A DNA stretch of 64,000 nt, from the IMG/VR virus record IMGVR_UViG_3300027708_000015; one strand, written 5' to 3'. Within the stretch, counting starts at the first letter, position 1. Each line of letters begins with the position of its first letter. The notes under the pieces were generated by a model. That model made no database searches and had not been told where the DNA came from. It was given only the letters and a program-made list of their open reading frames with translations. Positions 1-9,933 of this stretch are shown piece by piece. Origin of the DNA: a virus (taxonomy: Duplodnaviria > Caudoviricetes). The translations under genes and the position numbers were made by a program.

Positions 1-44
1 ACACAGTGCGTATACAAAGCCTTACTGGCTTGGTAAATGTTTAA
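1..44 (+). CDS. 3' end of an upstream gene (…TVRIQSLTGLVNV*), probably structural; truncated by the window
   Basis: Open frame from nt 3 to TAA at 42-44, followed by a GGGG SD-like site and the ATG at 55. Confidence 0.5.
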   Translation, partial: TVRIQSLTGLVNV

Positions 45-54
45 GGGGCTATAG

Positions 55-2244
55 ATGACATACACAGTTTCATTTACTGACTCAACAAATCCTGCCAAAC
101 CTCCGATTACAGTTGCAGACGGTGCGCTAAACAATCAAACCAGTTTGTCACTGGTAGGTCAAAATTATTCAGGATATGGGCCTGTAATAGCAGGAAACTT
201 TTTACATCTGTTAGAAAATTTTGCCAGTGGTATTGCTCCTATCAATCCTGTTCAAGGACAATTATGGTACGACACCAATGTAAATTCCAACATACTTAGA
301 GTATACAACGGAACTCAATGGATAGAAGCAGGAGCACTGAAAAAAGCCACAGCAGCCAATCAACCTAGTGTTTCGGCCAGTGTAGCAGGAGACCTATGGG
401 TCGACACTACCAACAGTCAACTTTATCTATTTTCAGGTGCAAGCTGGTTATTGGTTGGTCCCACATACAGTGCAGGATTGCAAACAGGTCCAATAGTAGA
501 GTCTATAGTTGATACTTCGAACATAAGCCACCCAGTTATTTCGATGTATGTAACTAGTACAACAGACAATATATCTTATCGACTTGCAATAATAAGCAAA
601 GACGCATTTACTCCCAAGTCTAGCATCATCGGATATCAAACAATCAAAGAAGGTGTAAACTTATATTCAAACAGTTTAACCAAAGATTCCGCCACTATCT
701 GGGGAACTGCTGACGTGGCCAACAATTTACTGGTTGGTTCCAGCACAGTGCCAGCGGCAAATTTTTTAAGATCGGATGTAACCAGCACTTCAAACAGTGT
801 TCTAAATATTAGAAATGCAGGCGGCTTGAGTATAGGAAATGATCTCAGTTTCAATATTTCACAAGGCCCAACGGCCTTTACGCTATTTTCTAAAAATACC
901 ACAAGCAGTATTGAATTCAGTGTAAACGGAAGTACGCTGTTACATTTAGATCCATCTGGATATGTGGGCGTGGGTGCAGGAAATACATCCCCTGCCACCG
1001 CTCTCAGCGTAGCAGGAGTTGTAACTTCGGGTATAGCAGGTGCACCTGGCGGACTGATAGTGACTGATGGAGCAAGTCCTATACCAACTACAGTGTTAAC
1101 TGTCAGCACTACCGGTGGAATCACCACGTCTCTGAACATGACCTCTACAGGCAATTTGTCAGTGGGCGGTGTAGTCACAGTTGGATCTGGATCAGCTGGC
1201 GGCGCAGTAATATTACCGGCACCTTCAGTTTCGGTTCCGCTATTTGATATAGGTTCGGCCAGTCAGCCTTTTAGAAACATATATGCCAACACATTTACCG
1301 GCAGTTTTACCGGAACATTCGTTGGCTCAGTAACAGGTAATGCCAGCGGCACCGCTACCGCACTACAAAATCCTACACAATTTTCCATTACTGGCGACGT
1401 AATTACCACTGCTCCAATCAATTTTACTGGAAATTCAGGACCAGCTACATTAACTACCTTGGTCAGCAACACAATGATTTCGGGAAAGACGGCAGCTACC
1501 GGAGCCAGTGCAACAGATCAAATGTTGGTATTGCAAACAAATGCCAACACTTCAAATCTAGTCAGCATGACAAGACAGACTTTTCTATCCGGGGTAGGCA
1601 TTTTTGCAATACCGGCTGGAGTTATGATGCCGTTTGCTGGCCCAGTGTCTGCAATTCCTGTGGGATGGTTGTTATGTGATGGCAGTGAGATCAGCACAGC
1701 TACATACAATCAATTGTTTTTAGCGATAGGGTTTGTGTACAAGGCACAAATAAATCTATCGGGCGTAAACACGTTTGCTCTTCCGGATATGAGGGGTCGC
1801 ATGCCGTTGGGATTAACCAACATGAACAACTATGGAAACATTCCTGGATTTACTCAAGCTGTCAACAGTAGTGGACAAACGGTTAATACAGGCGGCCAGC
1901 GCGGCACAGTGACAGGAGTGATAACACAAAGTGCAAATCAAACTCCAGCATCTATACTAGGAGCGGTTGGTGGATCCGACGGAACAGTACTATCAGTTGG
2001 CCAGATTCCCCAGCACAAACATAAACTAAGTACTACCAATGCTCAATACTATGCTCCGGGTGTAAATGGAGGATCTCCAGACACTAATGCTTCTCAAGGA
2101 TACAGCATACCGCCAGGCGGAACAGGTTACGGATTGACCAATACCGGAGATATGACAACTGGTGGTGCCGGTGATAGTGTAAACTTGATAAATCCTTTTA
2201 TGGCAGTTAACTATATAATCTTTACTGGTGCAGGACTAAGCTAA
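55..2244 (+). CDS. Tail fibre protein with C-terminal tail-collar domain (short-tail-fibre-like)
   Basis: Collar signature IPAGVMMPFAG..GWLLCDGS..YNQLF..TFALPDMRGRMPLG; S/T/G-rich shaft; N-terminal module LVGQNYSGYG..NFLHLLENFA..GQLWYD shared with the next two genes. Confidence 0.8.
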   Translation: MTYTVSFTDSTNPAKPPITVADGALNNQTSLSLVGQNYSGYGPVIAGNFLHLLENFASGIAPINPVQGQLWYDTNVNSNILRVYNGTQWIEAGALKKATAANQPSVSASVAGDLWVDTTNSQLYLFSGASWLLVGPTYSAGLQTGPIVESIVDTSNISHPVISMYVTSTTDNISYRLAIISKDAFTPKSSIIGYQTIKEGVNLYSNSLTKDSATIWGTADVANNLLVGSSTVPAANFLRSDVTSTSNSVLNIRNAGGLSIGNDLSFNISQGPTAFTLFSKNTTSSIEFSVNGSTLLHLDPSGYVGVGAGNTSPATALSVAGVVTSGIAGAPGGLIVTDGASPIPTTVLTVSTTGGITTSLNMTSTGNLSVGGVVTVGSGSAGGAVILPAPSVSVPLFDIGSASQPFRNIYANTFTGSFTGTFVGSVTGNASGTATALQNPTQFSITGDVITTAPINFTGNSGPATLTTLVSNTMISGKTAATGASATDQMLVLQTNANTSNLVSMTRQTFLSGVGIFAIPAGVMMPFAGPVSAIPVGWLLCDGSEISTATYNQLFLAIGFVYKAQINLSGVNTFALPDMRGRMPLGLTNMNNYGNIPGFTQAVNSSGQTVNTGGQRGTVTGVITQSANQTPASILGAVGGSDGTVLSVGQIPQHKHKLSTTNAQYYAPGVNGGSPDTNASQGYSIPPGGTGYGLTNTGDMTTGGAGDSVNLINPFMAVNYIIFTGAGLS

Positions 2245-3584
2245 TGACATATTCAATTCTTTTAACCAATGGTACTACACTAGTACCCGGTGGCTTGGCC
2301 AATGCTACTATCAATCAAACCACTACCGATTTGACCTTGATCGGACAAAACACCTCGGGCTACGGCACATATATCAATCAGAATTTTGTTAAATTATTAG
2401 AAAATTTTGCCAATACAAGTCAGCCAAATCATCCTCTCAAGGGACAGTTGTGGTATGATACTAGTCAAAATTTGTTACAAATTTATAATGGCAATCAATT
2501 TACTCCAACTGGAAATACTATCGTAGCTGATTCAGCCCCCAGCGGACTGACCACAGGAGGATTATGGATCAATAGTAAAACCAGTCAACTGTACTTTAAC
2601 GATGGCACACAAACTACCCTAGCCGGACCAGCTTACACAAGACAGCAGGGACTATCTGGATTTATTGTCAGTTCAGTGCTTGACACATTGAATGTCAGCC
2701 ATACCATTGTGTCTCTTTATGTTGCCAATACACTGATGGGTATTTTTGCCAAGGAATCATTCGTTCCAGCATCAGCCATTACAGGTTTTACTGATACAGT
2801 TACAATCAACGCCTACCAAACACGTACAATATTAACAGTAGAATCTGCCTCGGCTAATACATTGATAGTAGGTCAAACAATAACTGGTGACGGAGTATTA
2901 CCAAATACAATTATCACCAGCTTGACAGTCAATGGTGTGACAGCTAACGGCGGCGTGGGGCAATACCTAGTAAGTACCAATGCCATAGTAACCTCTACAA
3001 CTATGACCGCAGTGTATGGTACTTTGCAAATCGGGTTTAATGTCAGCACTTATGGAGGCATCAAATTCAATGTTCCAGTAAGTCAAGCCAACTATTTGTT
3101 ATCGCCCACTGACGGTTCTTTGAAGAACGCTAATAGTTTTTTATCAACTACGTCGGCCTCTCAGACTACTGGCACAATCTCTATAGCTAATTCGGCAGTT
3201 GATAGTGTTGGGTCGACACCACAATTGGTGCTAGGCCAATCGGGATATACACAAATTAACACTACTTACAGTGCATTTGAAATAAAAAGTAAGATAGCTA
3301 ATCAGGATTTTCAAGTCACTTTAAACCCTGCCAATAATGCTACCCAAGCATTTTATATCAACGGCACTGTTTTACGAGTTGGAATCAACGGATTTAATGC
3401 CAGTAATCTGCCGCAGGCCACACTGGATGTCAACGGTTCCTTTAGAGTCGCTCCGGGCAATGTTCCACTGCACTATAATTCAACGGGTGTGCAAGGACAA
3501 ATTGCATGGGATTCAGGATTTATCTATGTTTGTATTGCAACAAATACCTGGGCTCGAGCACCGCTTACAAGCGTTTCTTGGTAA
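2244..3584 (+). CDS. Tail fibre/baseplate-associated structural protein (paralogue of 55..2244 N-terminus)
   Basis: Same N-terminal module (LIGQNTSGYG..NFVKLLENFA..GQLWYD); C-terminal GQIAWDSGFIYVCIATNTW motif typical of phage fibre proteins. Confidence 0.7.
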   Translation: MTYSILLTNGTTLVPGGLANATINQTTTDLTLIGQNTSGYGTYINQNFVKLLENFANTSQPNHPLKGQLWYDTSQNLLQIYNGNQFTPTGNTIVADSAPSGLTTGGLWINSKTSQLYFNDGTQTTLAGPAYTRQQGLSGFIVSSVLDTLNVSHTIVSLYVANTLMGIFAKESFVPASAITGFTDTVTINAYQTRTILTVESASANTLIVGQTITGDGVLPNTIITSLTVNGVTANGGVGQYLVSTNAIVTSTTMTAVYGTLQIGFNVSTYGGIKFNVPVSQANYLLSPTDGSLKNANSFLSTTSASQTTGTISIANSAVDSVGSTPQLVLGQSGYTQINTTYSAFEIKSKIANQDFQVTLNPANNATQAFYINGTVLRVGINGFNASNLPQATLDVNGSFRVAPGNVPLHYNSTGVQGQIAWDSGFIYVCIATNTWARAPLTSVSW

Positions 3585-3597
3585 CAGCTTAAAATAT

Positions 3598-3605
3598 GAT
3601 AAATA
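3598..3605 (+). promoter_or_regulatory. T4-like late promoter (GATAAATA)
   Basis: Variant of T4 late consensus TATAAATA, 27 nt upstream of a structural gene; the motif recurs before many late-type genes. Confidence 0.6.
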
Positions 3606-3631
3606 CACTGAAATAAGGATGAGCGACTACC

Positions 3632-5107
3632 ATGTCATATACAATTAATCATTATAACGGCACTTTGTTGGCTACTGTAGCAGATGGCACAGTTGATACA
3701 AGTACTAATCTTACGCTAGTAGGCAAAAACTATGCCGGCTATGGTCAAGCGCAAAACGACAATTTTGTCTGGTTGTTAGAAAATTTTGCCAATACTTCAA
3801 GTCCAGCAAATCCACTAGCTGGACAAATTTGGTTTGACAGCGGTAACAAGAAATTAAAATTTTGGGACGGAGCAAAATTCCGTATTGCTAGCGGAGCAGA
3901 AACTGGAACCACGGCACCTTCCGGACTAACGCTGGGCGATTTTTGGTTCAACACTCAGAGCAATCAGTTGTATGCATGGACTGGCACTACCTTTACTTTA
4001 ATTGGACCTCAACAAGTGGTAGGTGCTGGGACAACTCAGATGCAATCTGTTAGTGTACTTGATGTTAATAATGTAAGTCATGCTATTATACAAGGTGTTG
4101 TTAACGGCCAAACAGTTTTTACTATTGCAGGAAGTGATGCACCATTCAACTTAAACTCTACTACAAATCCAATTACAGGATTTGATATAATACAGCAAGG
4201 GTTAACATTGCAGTATACTATCAACGCCAATAACGGTGTAACATCGGGCAGTCAACGGTTCTGGGGAACGGCAACCAATGCAGAAAAACTAGGCGGTCAT
4301 AGTATTAGCGAGTTCGTGCTGAATACAGGAACCCCGCAGTTTACCTCTCTAGTTAATTTTAGCGATACAGGATTTACAATAGGTAGTCCTATTTCCAAGC
4401 TGGCTATATATAATGCAGGCCAAACGACTCCTACCATACAAAATATTAATGGCACTACAATACAATTTCAAACACTGGTCAACGGATCGACAGTAACTCC
4501 GTTGATATTGAATGGTAATAGTGCTACTCCTGGAAATACAATAGCTAATTTAGGATCAGCACAGTTACCGTGGGCCAACGTGTACGGTACTTATCATTGG
4601 GGTACAGCCCAGCAGGCTGATGCTCTAAACGTAAACAATGTGTATGTAACCGCAAGCACATCATCCACTCCCGGAACAATCGTAGCTAGAGATAGCAGTT
4701 CAAATATTTACGCTAATTTGTTCAACGGTACTGCAACTTCAGCACAGTATGCTGACTTGGCAGAAAAATATTTGCCAGATGCTGAATATCCAACAGGTAC
4801 AGTTGTAAGTGTTGGTGGTGATCAGGAAATAACTGCTGCCACAGATGGTGATAGAGCTATTGGTGTAATTTCTGCTAATCCAGCATATATGATGAACAGC
4901 GATCTTGAAGGCGGTGTTTATGTTGCATTGAAAGGACGAGTTCCGGTATTTGTAGTAGGTCCAATTAGCAAAGGTCAGTATTTGATATCTTGCGGAACTG
5001 GTATGGCCACCGCGGCAAATGACAGTTCAACTCCTGGAATTTTTGCTGTTAGTTTAGAAAACAGTAATCATGACGGAGTCAAACTTGTAGAATGTGTGAT
5101 TCTGTAA
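3632..5107 (+). CDS. Tail fibre protein with C-terminal intramolecular-chaperone/peptidase-like domain
   Basis: Shared N-terminal module; C-terminal AQYADLAEKY..GTVV..IGVIS..PAYMMN..VALKGRVPV segment seen at the ends of phage fibres. Confidence 0.7.
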   Translation: MSYTINHYNGTLLATVADGTVDTSTNLTLVGKNYAGYGQAQNDNFVWLLENFANTSSPANPLAGQIWFDSGNKKLKFWDGAKFRIASGAETGTTAPSGLTLGDFWFNTQSNQLYAWTGTTFTLIGPQQVVGAGTTQMQSVSVLDVNNVSHAIIQGVVNGQTVFTIAGSDAPFNLNSTTNPITGFDIIQQGLTLQYTINANNGVTSGSQRFWGTATNAEKLGGHSISEFVLNTGTPQFTSLVNFSDTGFTIGSPISKLAIYNAGQTTPTIQNINGTTIQFQTLVNGSTVTPLILNGNSATPGNTIANLGSAQLPWANVYGTYHWGTAQQADALNVNNVYVTASTSSTPGTIVARDSSSNIYANLFNGTATSAQYADLAEKYLPDAEYPTGTVVSVGGDQEITAATDGDRAIGVISANPAYMMNSDLEGGVYVALKGRVPVFVVGPISKGQYLISCGTGMATAANDSSTPGIFAVSLENSNHDGVKLVECVIL

Positions 5108-5108
5108 A

Positions 5109-5116
5109 AATAAATA
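5109..5116 (+). promoter_or_regulatory. T4-like late promoter (AATAAATA)
   Basis: TAAATA core in the short intergenic gap before 5136. Confidence 0.55.
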
Positions 5117-5135
5117 ACAAACAAAGGGATATTCA

Positions 5136-6236
5136 ATGCCAAATATAGCCGCTAACGACTATAATGCTATTCAGGGGTTAGTTGCCGGACGATTAGGCAC
5201 CGGTATTAATACATATGGTCAGACACTTTACAGCGCACAAGTGTCAACTTCTGGAAACATTACAGCACAACAGTGGCAGGCTCTTCTAACTGATATAGCC
5301 GCTCTAAACTATCACCAACTAAATGCCGGTCCGCAGTACAATGGATCACCATTAACTGTGCCTTCAAATGGCACTGGTGTATCGATAACGATTGGTACGA
5401 CTACTTATACCAATGCTCCGCCTGCAGTAAAAATTAAAGAATCAGATCGTGCGGCATATCTTGCAGTGGCAAATGCGCTGGTGAATATCAATCCATCTAC
5501 AGTTTCAGCTATAAGTTATCCGGGCGCCTTTACTACTAATATTAATGCGGCACAACGAACTACCGTTGCCGCAGGTTCTTTTATTGCACCCAGTATTAGA
5601 ACAGGCAGTGTTTCTCCTTGGGGAAGCACTATCAACGGAACAGCTCAAGCTAGTCCGGGAGGTCAACAATTGATTAGTATGATTGTTACACTCACGTTTC
5701 CAGATGCACTATCTGCTCAATATTATTTTAATACAGGCGGATCTATTCTAGTATCAGGTAATGCCACTGCCGGACAGACAGCAATTTCAAATACCAAAGA
5801 TTATTCCTGGCAAGTTTTATTGTCCAACATGGGCAATGTTGTTTTTAATTATACCGGCACTGCTTCGTCAGCTAGCAACGGCGTTGGAACTCCTTATGGC
5901 TGGAGTTATTTTAACGCGAATAGAAATACAACCAAAACAATTTATACCATAACCACATCGTCATCGTTATATGCTCCTAATCAAGCTGATATACTGTGTA
6001 ATCTAAATTCTACCGGCACTGTACTTACATTCACACTGGAGCTTCAAGATTTATCCACAGCAATTACTAAAGTTGCTAGCGGTGCGTCACCGGGTGATAC
6101 ACTGTTATATTCTATTGATACACCTGTAACAGCCACTATCTCTACCGGAATGACTATTTCATACGCTTCGGGAAATTATGTGTCAACTAGTGCATACTTG
6201 CCAGTGCCTGTGATCACTACGCCTCTCACTGCATAA
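5136..6236 (+). CDS. Virion structural protein (paralogue of 6255..7250)
   Basis: S/T/A/G-rich; shares DYN.IQ, E.DRAAYLA and YF/YFN.G motifs with the next gene; preceded by late promoter. Confidence 0.6.
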   Translation: MPNIAANDYNAIQGLVAGRLGTGINTYGQTLYSAQVSTSGNITAQQWQALLTDIAALNYHQLNAGPQYNGSPLTVPSNGTGVSITIGTTTYTNAPPAVKIKESDRAAYLAVANALVNINPSTVSAISYPGAFTTNINAAQRTTVAAGSFIAPSIRTGSVSPWGSTINGTAQASPGGQQLISMIVTLTFPDALSAQYYFNTGGSILVSGNATAGQTAISNTKDYSWQVLLSNMGNVVFNYTGTASSASNGVGTPYGWSYFNANRNTTKTIYTITTSSSLYAPNQADILCNLNSTGTVLTFTLELQDLSTAITKVASGASPGDTLLYSIDTPVTATISTGMTISYASGNYVSTSAYLPVPVITTPLTA

Positions 6237-6254
6237 GTACAAAAAGAGGATCAT

Positions 6255-7250
6255 ATGGCAGCTGGACAAGGTTCAAAAATACAAGATACTGACTATAATA
6301 CTATTCAGGCAATAGTATATAATATTTTATACAATGTATATGGCCAGAGAGATCTAAATACAGTAACACTCAACGGCGGAACAGGCCAAGTAACAAATTC
6401 TACAAATTTTAGATCTGATACTCCTACCACTGTTGCGCGAGCCCCGCAGTGGAATGCTCTTCAAAACGATATAAATCGAATACAACGACACATATACAAT
6501 ACTGTACCTAGTCTTACCACAGACACTACCACTGTCAGTATTGGTGAAGCTGACAGAGCCGCATATTTAGCCGCTGCCACAGCACTTAATAGTTCGACCA
6601 TTTGGTATGGATATCCGGCCGATGCAGTCACCCCAGCCACAGTTGGCGGCACCAATCGAAGTTTAGTCCCAGCACTAAAAACAGCAGTACACATAGTGAA
6701 TATTCCGTTTGCCAGCACCACCGCTGCCACATATTTTTTCAATGCAGGTAGTAAAATTACTATAGCATCGTCATTGACCCCTCAAGCATCAGGTCTACCA
6801 GGCGACTTTGGAACTCTGAATACTGACTGGGTAAACCTATTGGCTATTTCAGGAACCTTGTCATTTACTAGGAATACAACAACATGTGACACTTCTCCCA
6901 GTTATGTAACTAATACAAATTTTGGATTTGTCGATGTAACCAGTTCAGAGACTACCATTTTTACTAGAAACATTGCTGACAATCTGTATACTGGCGGAAG
7001 TGCTGACAGGTATTATATAACTGTAAAATATGTGGGATCGACATTGACATTTACTAGTTATTTCACCAATACATATACTAGTACAGGTTATGCTACGCCT
7101 GGATCAACTCAACCCAGTCCTGCAGTGAACTATCCAATAACTGGGACGTTGTACAACACTGTTACTGCCTACTATGCAACTGGATCAAATGTATCAGTCA
7201 GCGGATATTATCCTGCTGCCAATATTACAGATACATTCAACGTTGTTTAA
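6255..7250 (+). CDS. Virion structural protein (paralogue of 5136..6236)
   Basis: Shared motifs as above; CATAAGTA late-promoter variant at 6232-6239. Confidence 0.6.
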   Translation: MAAGQGSKIQDTDYNTIQAIVYNILYNVYGQRDLNTVTLNGGTGQVTNSTNFRSDTPTTVARAPQWNALQNDINRIQRHIYNTVPSLTTDTTTVSIGEADRAAYLAAATALNSSTIWYGYPADAVTPATVGGTNRSLVPALKTAVHIVNIPFASTTAATYFFNAGSKITIASSLTPQASGLPGDFGTLNTDWVNLLAISGTLSFTRNTTTCDTSPSYVTNTNFGFVDVTSSETTIFTRNIADNLYTGGSADRYYITVKYVGSTLTFTSYFTNTYTSTGYATPGSTQPSPAVNYPITGTLYNTVTAYYATGSNVSVSGYYPAANITDTFNVV

Positions 7251-7273
7251 TCAAATTAATTAATTCTAATCGC

Positions 7274-7302
7274 TTGACAAGCTAATTACTATAGTGTAAC
7301 AT
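7274..7302 (+). promoter_or_regulatory. Sigma70-type promoter TTGACA-17 bp-TAACAT
   Basis: Consensus -35, 17-bp spacer and near-consensus -10 upstream of the glycosyltransferase operon. Confidence 0.65.
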
Positions 7303-7322
7303 AGTACATTACGGAGTCATTC

Positions 7323-7673
7323 ATGGACGAGAGAATTGAAAAAGCATTTGCGGTAGCCAACTATTCAGCTACCTTATCAAATCAACGAAGAATTATTTCA
7401 GAGGAATATCAGCAAAAACTGGTATACTATGCCAATGGCGCAACATTCAAAGTTTCTCCAGACCTAATTGCATTTATCAAAACAGTTCTAGATTTGGGGC
7501 ACACATCAGATATACCATTTTTAGATGCTAATAATTTTCCTGTAGTTATTGAAAACGTTCAGGAATTTTTAGATAATATAGTTTCTGTATACTTTGAAGC
7601 TCTAAACGAATACACAGTAAAATATTCAGAGATCAAAAAGAAAAGAAAGATAGCTGACATAGTTGAACTATGA
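7323..7673 (+). CDS. Hypothetical protein, first gene of the glycosyltransferase operon
   Basis: 116 aa ORF with GGAG SD; ATGA-coupled to the next gene. Confidence 0.6.
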   Translation: MDERIEKAFAVANYSATLSNQRRIISEEYQQKLVYYANGATFKVSPDLIAFIKTVLDLGHTSDIPFLDANNFPVVIENVQEFLDNIVSVYFEALNEYTVKYSEIKKKRKIADIVEL

Positions 7674-8518
7674 CCACAGGTGCATTGATATTCGCCCAGA
7701 ATAACAAAGTTGTTGACTATGTCAAACTGGCAGTATTTGCGGCTAGTCGTGTTGACCAATACTTGGGCATCCCTGTTAGTCTAGTAACAGATGATAGCAT
7801 TTGGCTAGAAAAAAATTATCCCGACCACAAATTCAGCTCTGTTATTCAACTAGAGCATGCCACTATGGCGCAGAGCAGAAGATTTAATGATGGTACTATA
7901 GCAAGTAATTTTGTTGAATGGAAAAATTGGACACGGAGTCAAGTTTATGATCTTACGCCCTACGATCGCACACTGGTACTAGACAGCGATTATGTTTTAA
8001 ATTCTAAAGTATTAAAAACTGCACTAGACAATGATCACGATTTTCAAATATATCGTGACAGTTTCGATCTGGCACTAGAAAGAGATACTAGAGATTTTGT
8101 TCGTATCAATCCTTACAGTGTTCCTTTCTATTGGGCCACAGTTTTTATATTCAATAAAACAGCGTTAACAGAAAGTTTCTTTGTGTTAGTAGAGTATATA
8201 AAAAACAATTGGATTTATTTTAGGACCTTGTACAATATCAATGCGCAGACGTATAGAAACGATTTTGCATTCAGCATTGCAATACACATAATGAATGGAA
8301 AAACAGCAGGCGATTTTGCTACAGAACTTCCGGGGAAAATGGTTTATATCAGTGATCGTGATTTGTTGCTAGATGCCAAAGAAGATAAAATGAATTTTCT
8401 AGTACAGAAGCATAAATTTTATGGTGAATATACTGCTGTTAAAACTTCAGGCATTGATATTCATGTTATGAATAAATTCAGTCTAAGTAGATATATTTCT
8501 GGGGAATCTGGTGTCTAA
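7670..8518 (+). CDS. GT-A fold glycosyltransferase (GT8-like)
   Basis: PYDRTLVLDSD (DxD motif), YWATVFIFNK and RNDFAFSIA; paralogous to the next gene. Confidence 0.7.
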   Translation: MTTGALIFAQNNKVVDYVKLAVFAASRVDQYLGIPVSLVTDDSIWLEKNYPDHKFSSVIQLEHATMAQSRRFNDGTIASNFVEWKNWTRSQVYDLTPYDRTLVLDSDYVLNSKVLKTALDNDHDFQIYRDSFDLALERDTRDFVRINPYSVPFYWATVFIFNKTALTESFFVLVEYIKNNWIYFRTLYNINAQTYRNDFAFSIAIHIMNGKTAGDFATELPGKMVYISDRDLLLDAKEDKMNFLVQKHKFYGEYTAVKTSGIDIHVMNKFSLSRYISGESGV

Positions 8519-9350
8519 AGGATTTGTCGTATTTGCACAAAACACACAAAAGACAGACTATGTCAAACAGGCCTATGCACTGGCATTGAGTATCAAACAC
8601 AGTCAATCTACAACAACTTTGGTATCAATAGTTACTAATGATCCTGTTCCTAAAAAATATCACAAAGTATTCGATCAAATAATTCCTATTCCCTGGTTCA
8701 CAACAGCAGGTGATAGTCCGTTGGCCGCGGAGCATCGTTGGAAATTATATCACTGTACTCCGTATGACGAGACAATTGTATTAGACACTGATATGCTGTT
8801 GCTAGAAGATATTTCAGAATGGTGGCATTATTGTAGGAATTATGATGTTAAATTTTGCTCACGTATAAAGAATCACAAACTTGATTCAGTAGTTGACAAC
8901 ATACACAGAAAAGCATTTGTAGCGAACAAACTTACTAATCCTTATTATGCTCTACACTATTTCAAGAAGAATGATAAAGCATTGGAATTTTATCGTGTGC
9001 TAGAATTTGTATGCAACAATTGGCAATGGTGTTGGACTACGTTTGCTCCCGACTTTTACCAAAATTGGTTAAGTATGGATCTAGCTGTGGCTGTGACAAT
9101 TGAAATCGTAGGAGAGTATAATTACACAGTTGACTCGTGTAGTCCTTTAGAATTTATACACATGAAAATCCCATTGCAAGATTGGCCTGCTAGTGCAGAC
9201 AGATGGCAGGATACAGTACCTTGGATTTTAAATAATCAAGGGGAGCTGATAGTTTCTAATATTAAACAAACTAAATTATTTCACTATGTGGAAAAAGACT
9301 TTGTAACAGCGTCTATACTGAAGCAATTGGAAAAACTAAATCATGTCTAG
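8511..9350 (+). CDS. GT-A fold glycosyltransferase (GT8-like)
   Basis: YALALSIK..TPYDETIVLDTDML (DxD motif); paralogue of 7670..8518. Confidence 0.7.
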   Translation: MSKGFVVFAQNTQKTDYVKQAYALALSIKHSQSTTTLVSIVTNDPVPKKYHKVFDQIIPIPWFTTAGDSPLAAEHRWKLYHCTPYDETIVLDTDMLLLEDISEWWHYCRNYDVKFCSRIKNHKLDSVVDNIHRKAFVANKLTNPYYALHYFKKNDKALEFYRVLEFVCNNWQWCWTTFAPDFYQNWLSMDLAVAVTIEIVGEYNYTVDSCSPLEFIHMKIPLQDWPASADRWQDTVPWILNNQGELIVSNIKQTKLFHYVEKDFVTASILKQLEKLNHV

Positions 9351-9933
9351 CAAATACATAATACCTCCAAAACAACAGTATTGGGCTCACTACAATAAGA
9401 CAACAGGCGTAATCCGCAGTGCATCAAACGAGCCAACCACCCTGGATGAAGGTAGTATTGAGATTACCTATGACGAATACAAGTTATTTGCTGAAGGTCA
9501 GAAAAAATTACATGAGCATATGATAGGTTATGCTAGAACAGTGGATGGTACTACACAAAAAACTATAATACAAATAGCCGAACAACTGTATGGATTTAGG
9601 AACAATATATTTGAATGGATCAATGAACCTCCTACTCGAAATACCGAACTAACAGTGACTTGGAATAGACAAGCAAAAACATGGAATTTTACACTGAGCA
9701 AAAAGGCTAAAAAAAGAATAGCCAATGATCTGTTAACTAAGACAATATTTTTCATCATGCTTAACAATGATTTTGATTTTTTGATACGCAATATTGTTAT
9801 AGATGTATCTGAGTTGGTAGAGAAAGAAAGTATAACAGTGCCGTTTGAAAGCAAGATAGAAACAAATATTGAAAAGATCTCAGTGTCGTGCCAGATATTA
9901 TTTCAAGGTTATGGATTAAAAATAAATGGATAA
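9343..9933 (+). CDS. Hypothetical protein within the glycosyltransferase cluster
   Basis: 196 aa ORF overlapping both neighbours; no motif recognised. Confidence 0.6.
   Translation: MSSKYIIPPKQQYWAHYNKTTGVIRSASNEPTTLDEGSIEITYDEYKLFAEGQKKLHEHMIGYARTVDGTTQKTIIQIAEQLYGFRNNIFEWINEPPTRNTELTVTWNRQAKTWNFTLSKKAKKRIANDLLTKTIFFIMLNNDFDFLIRNIVIDVSELVEKESITVPFESKIETNIEKISVSCQILFQGYGLKING

Noticed and set aside
55-7250. Diversity-generating retroelement acting on tail fibres
   Set aside because: No reverse transcriptase and no near-identical template/variable repeat pair seen in the window
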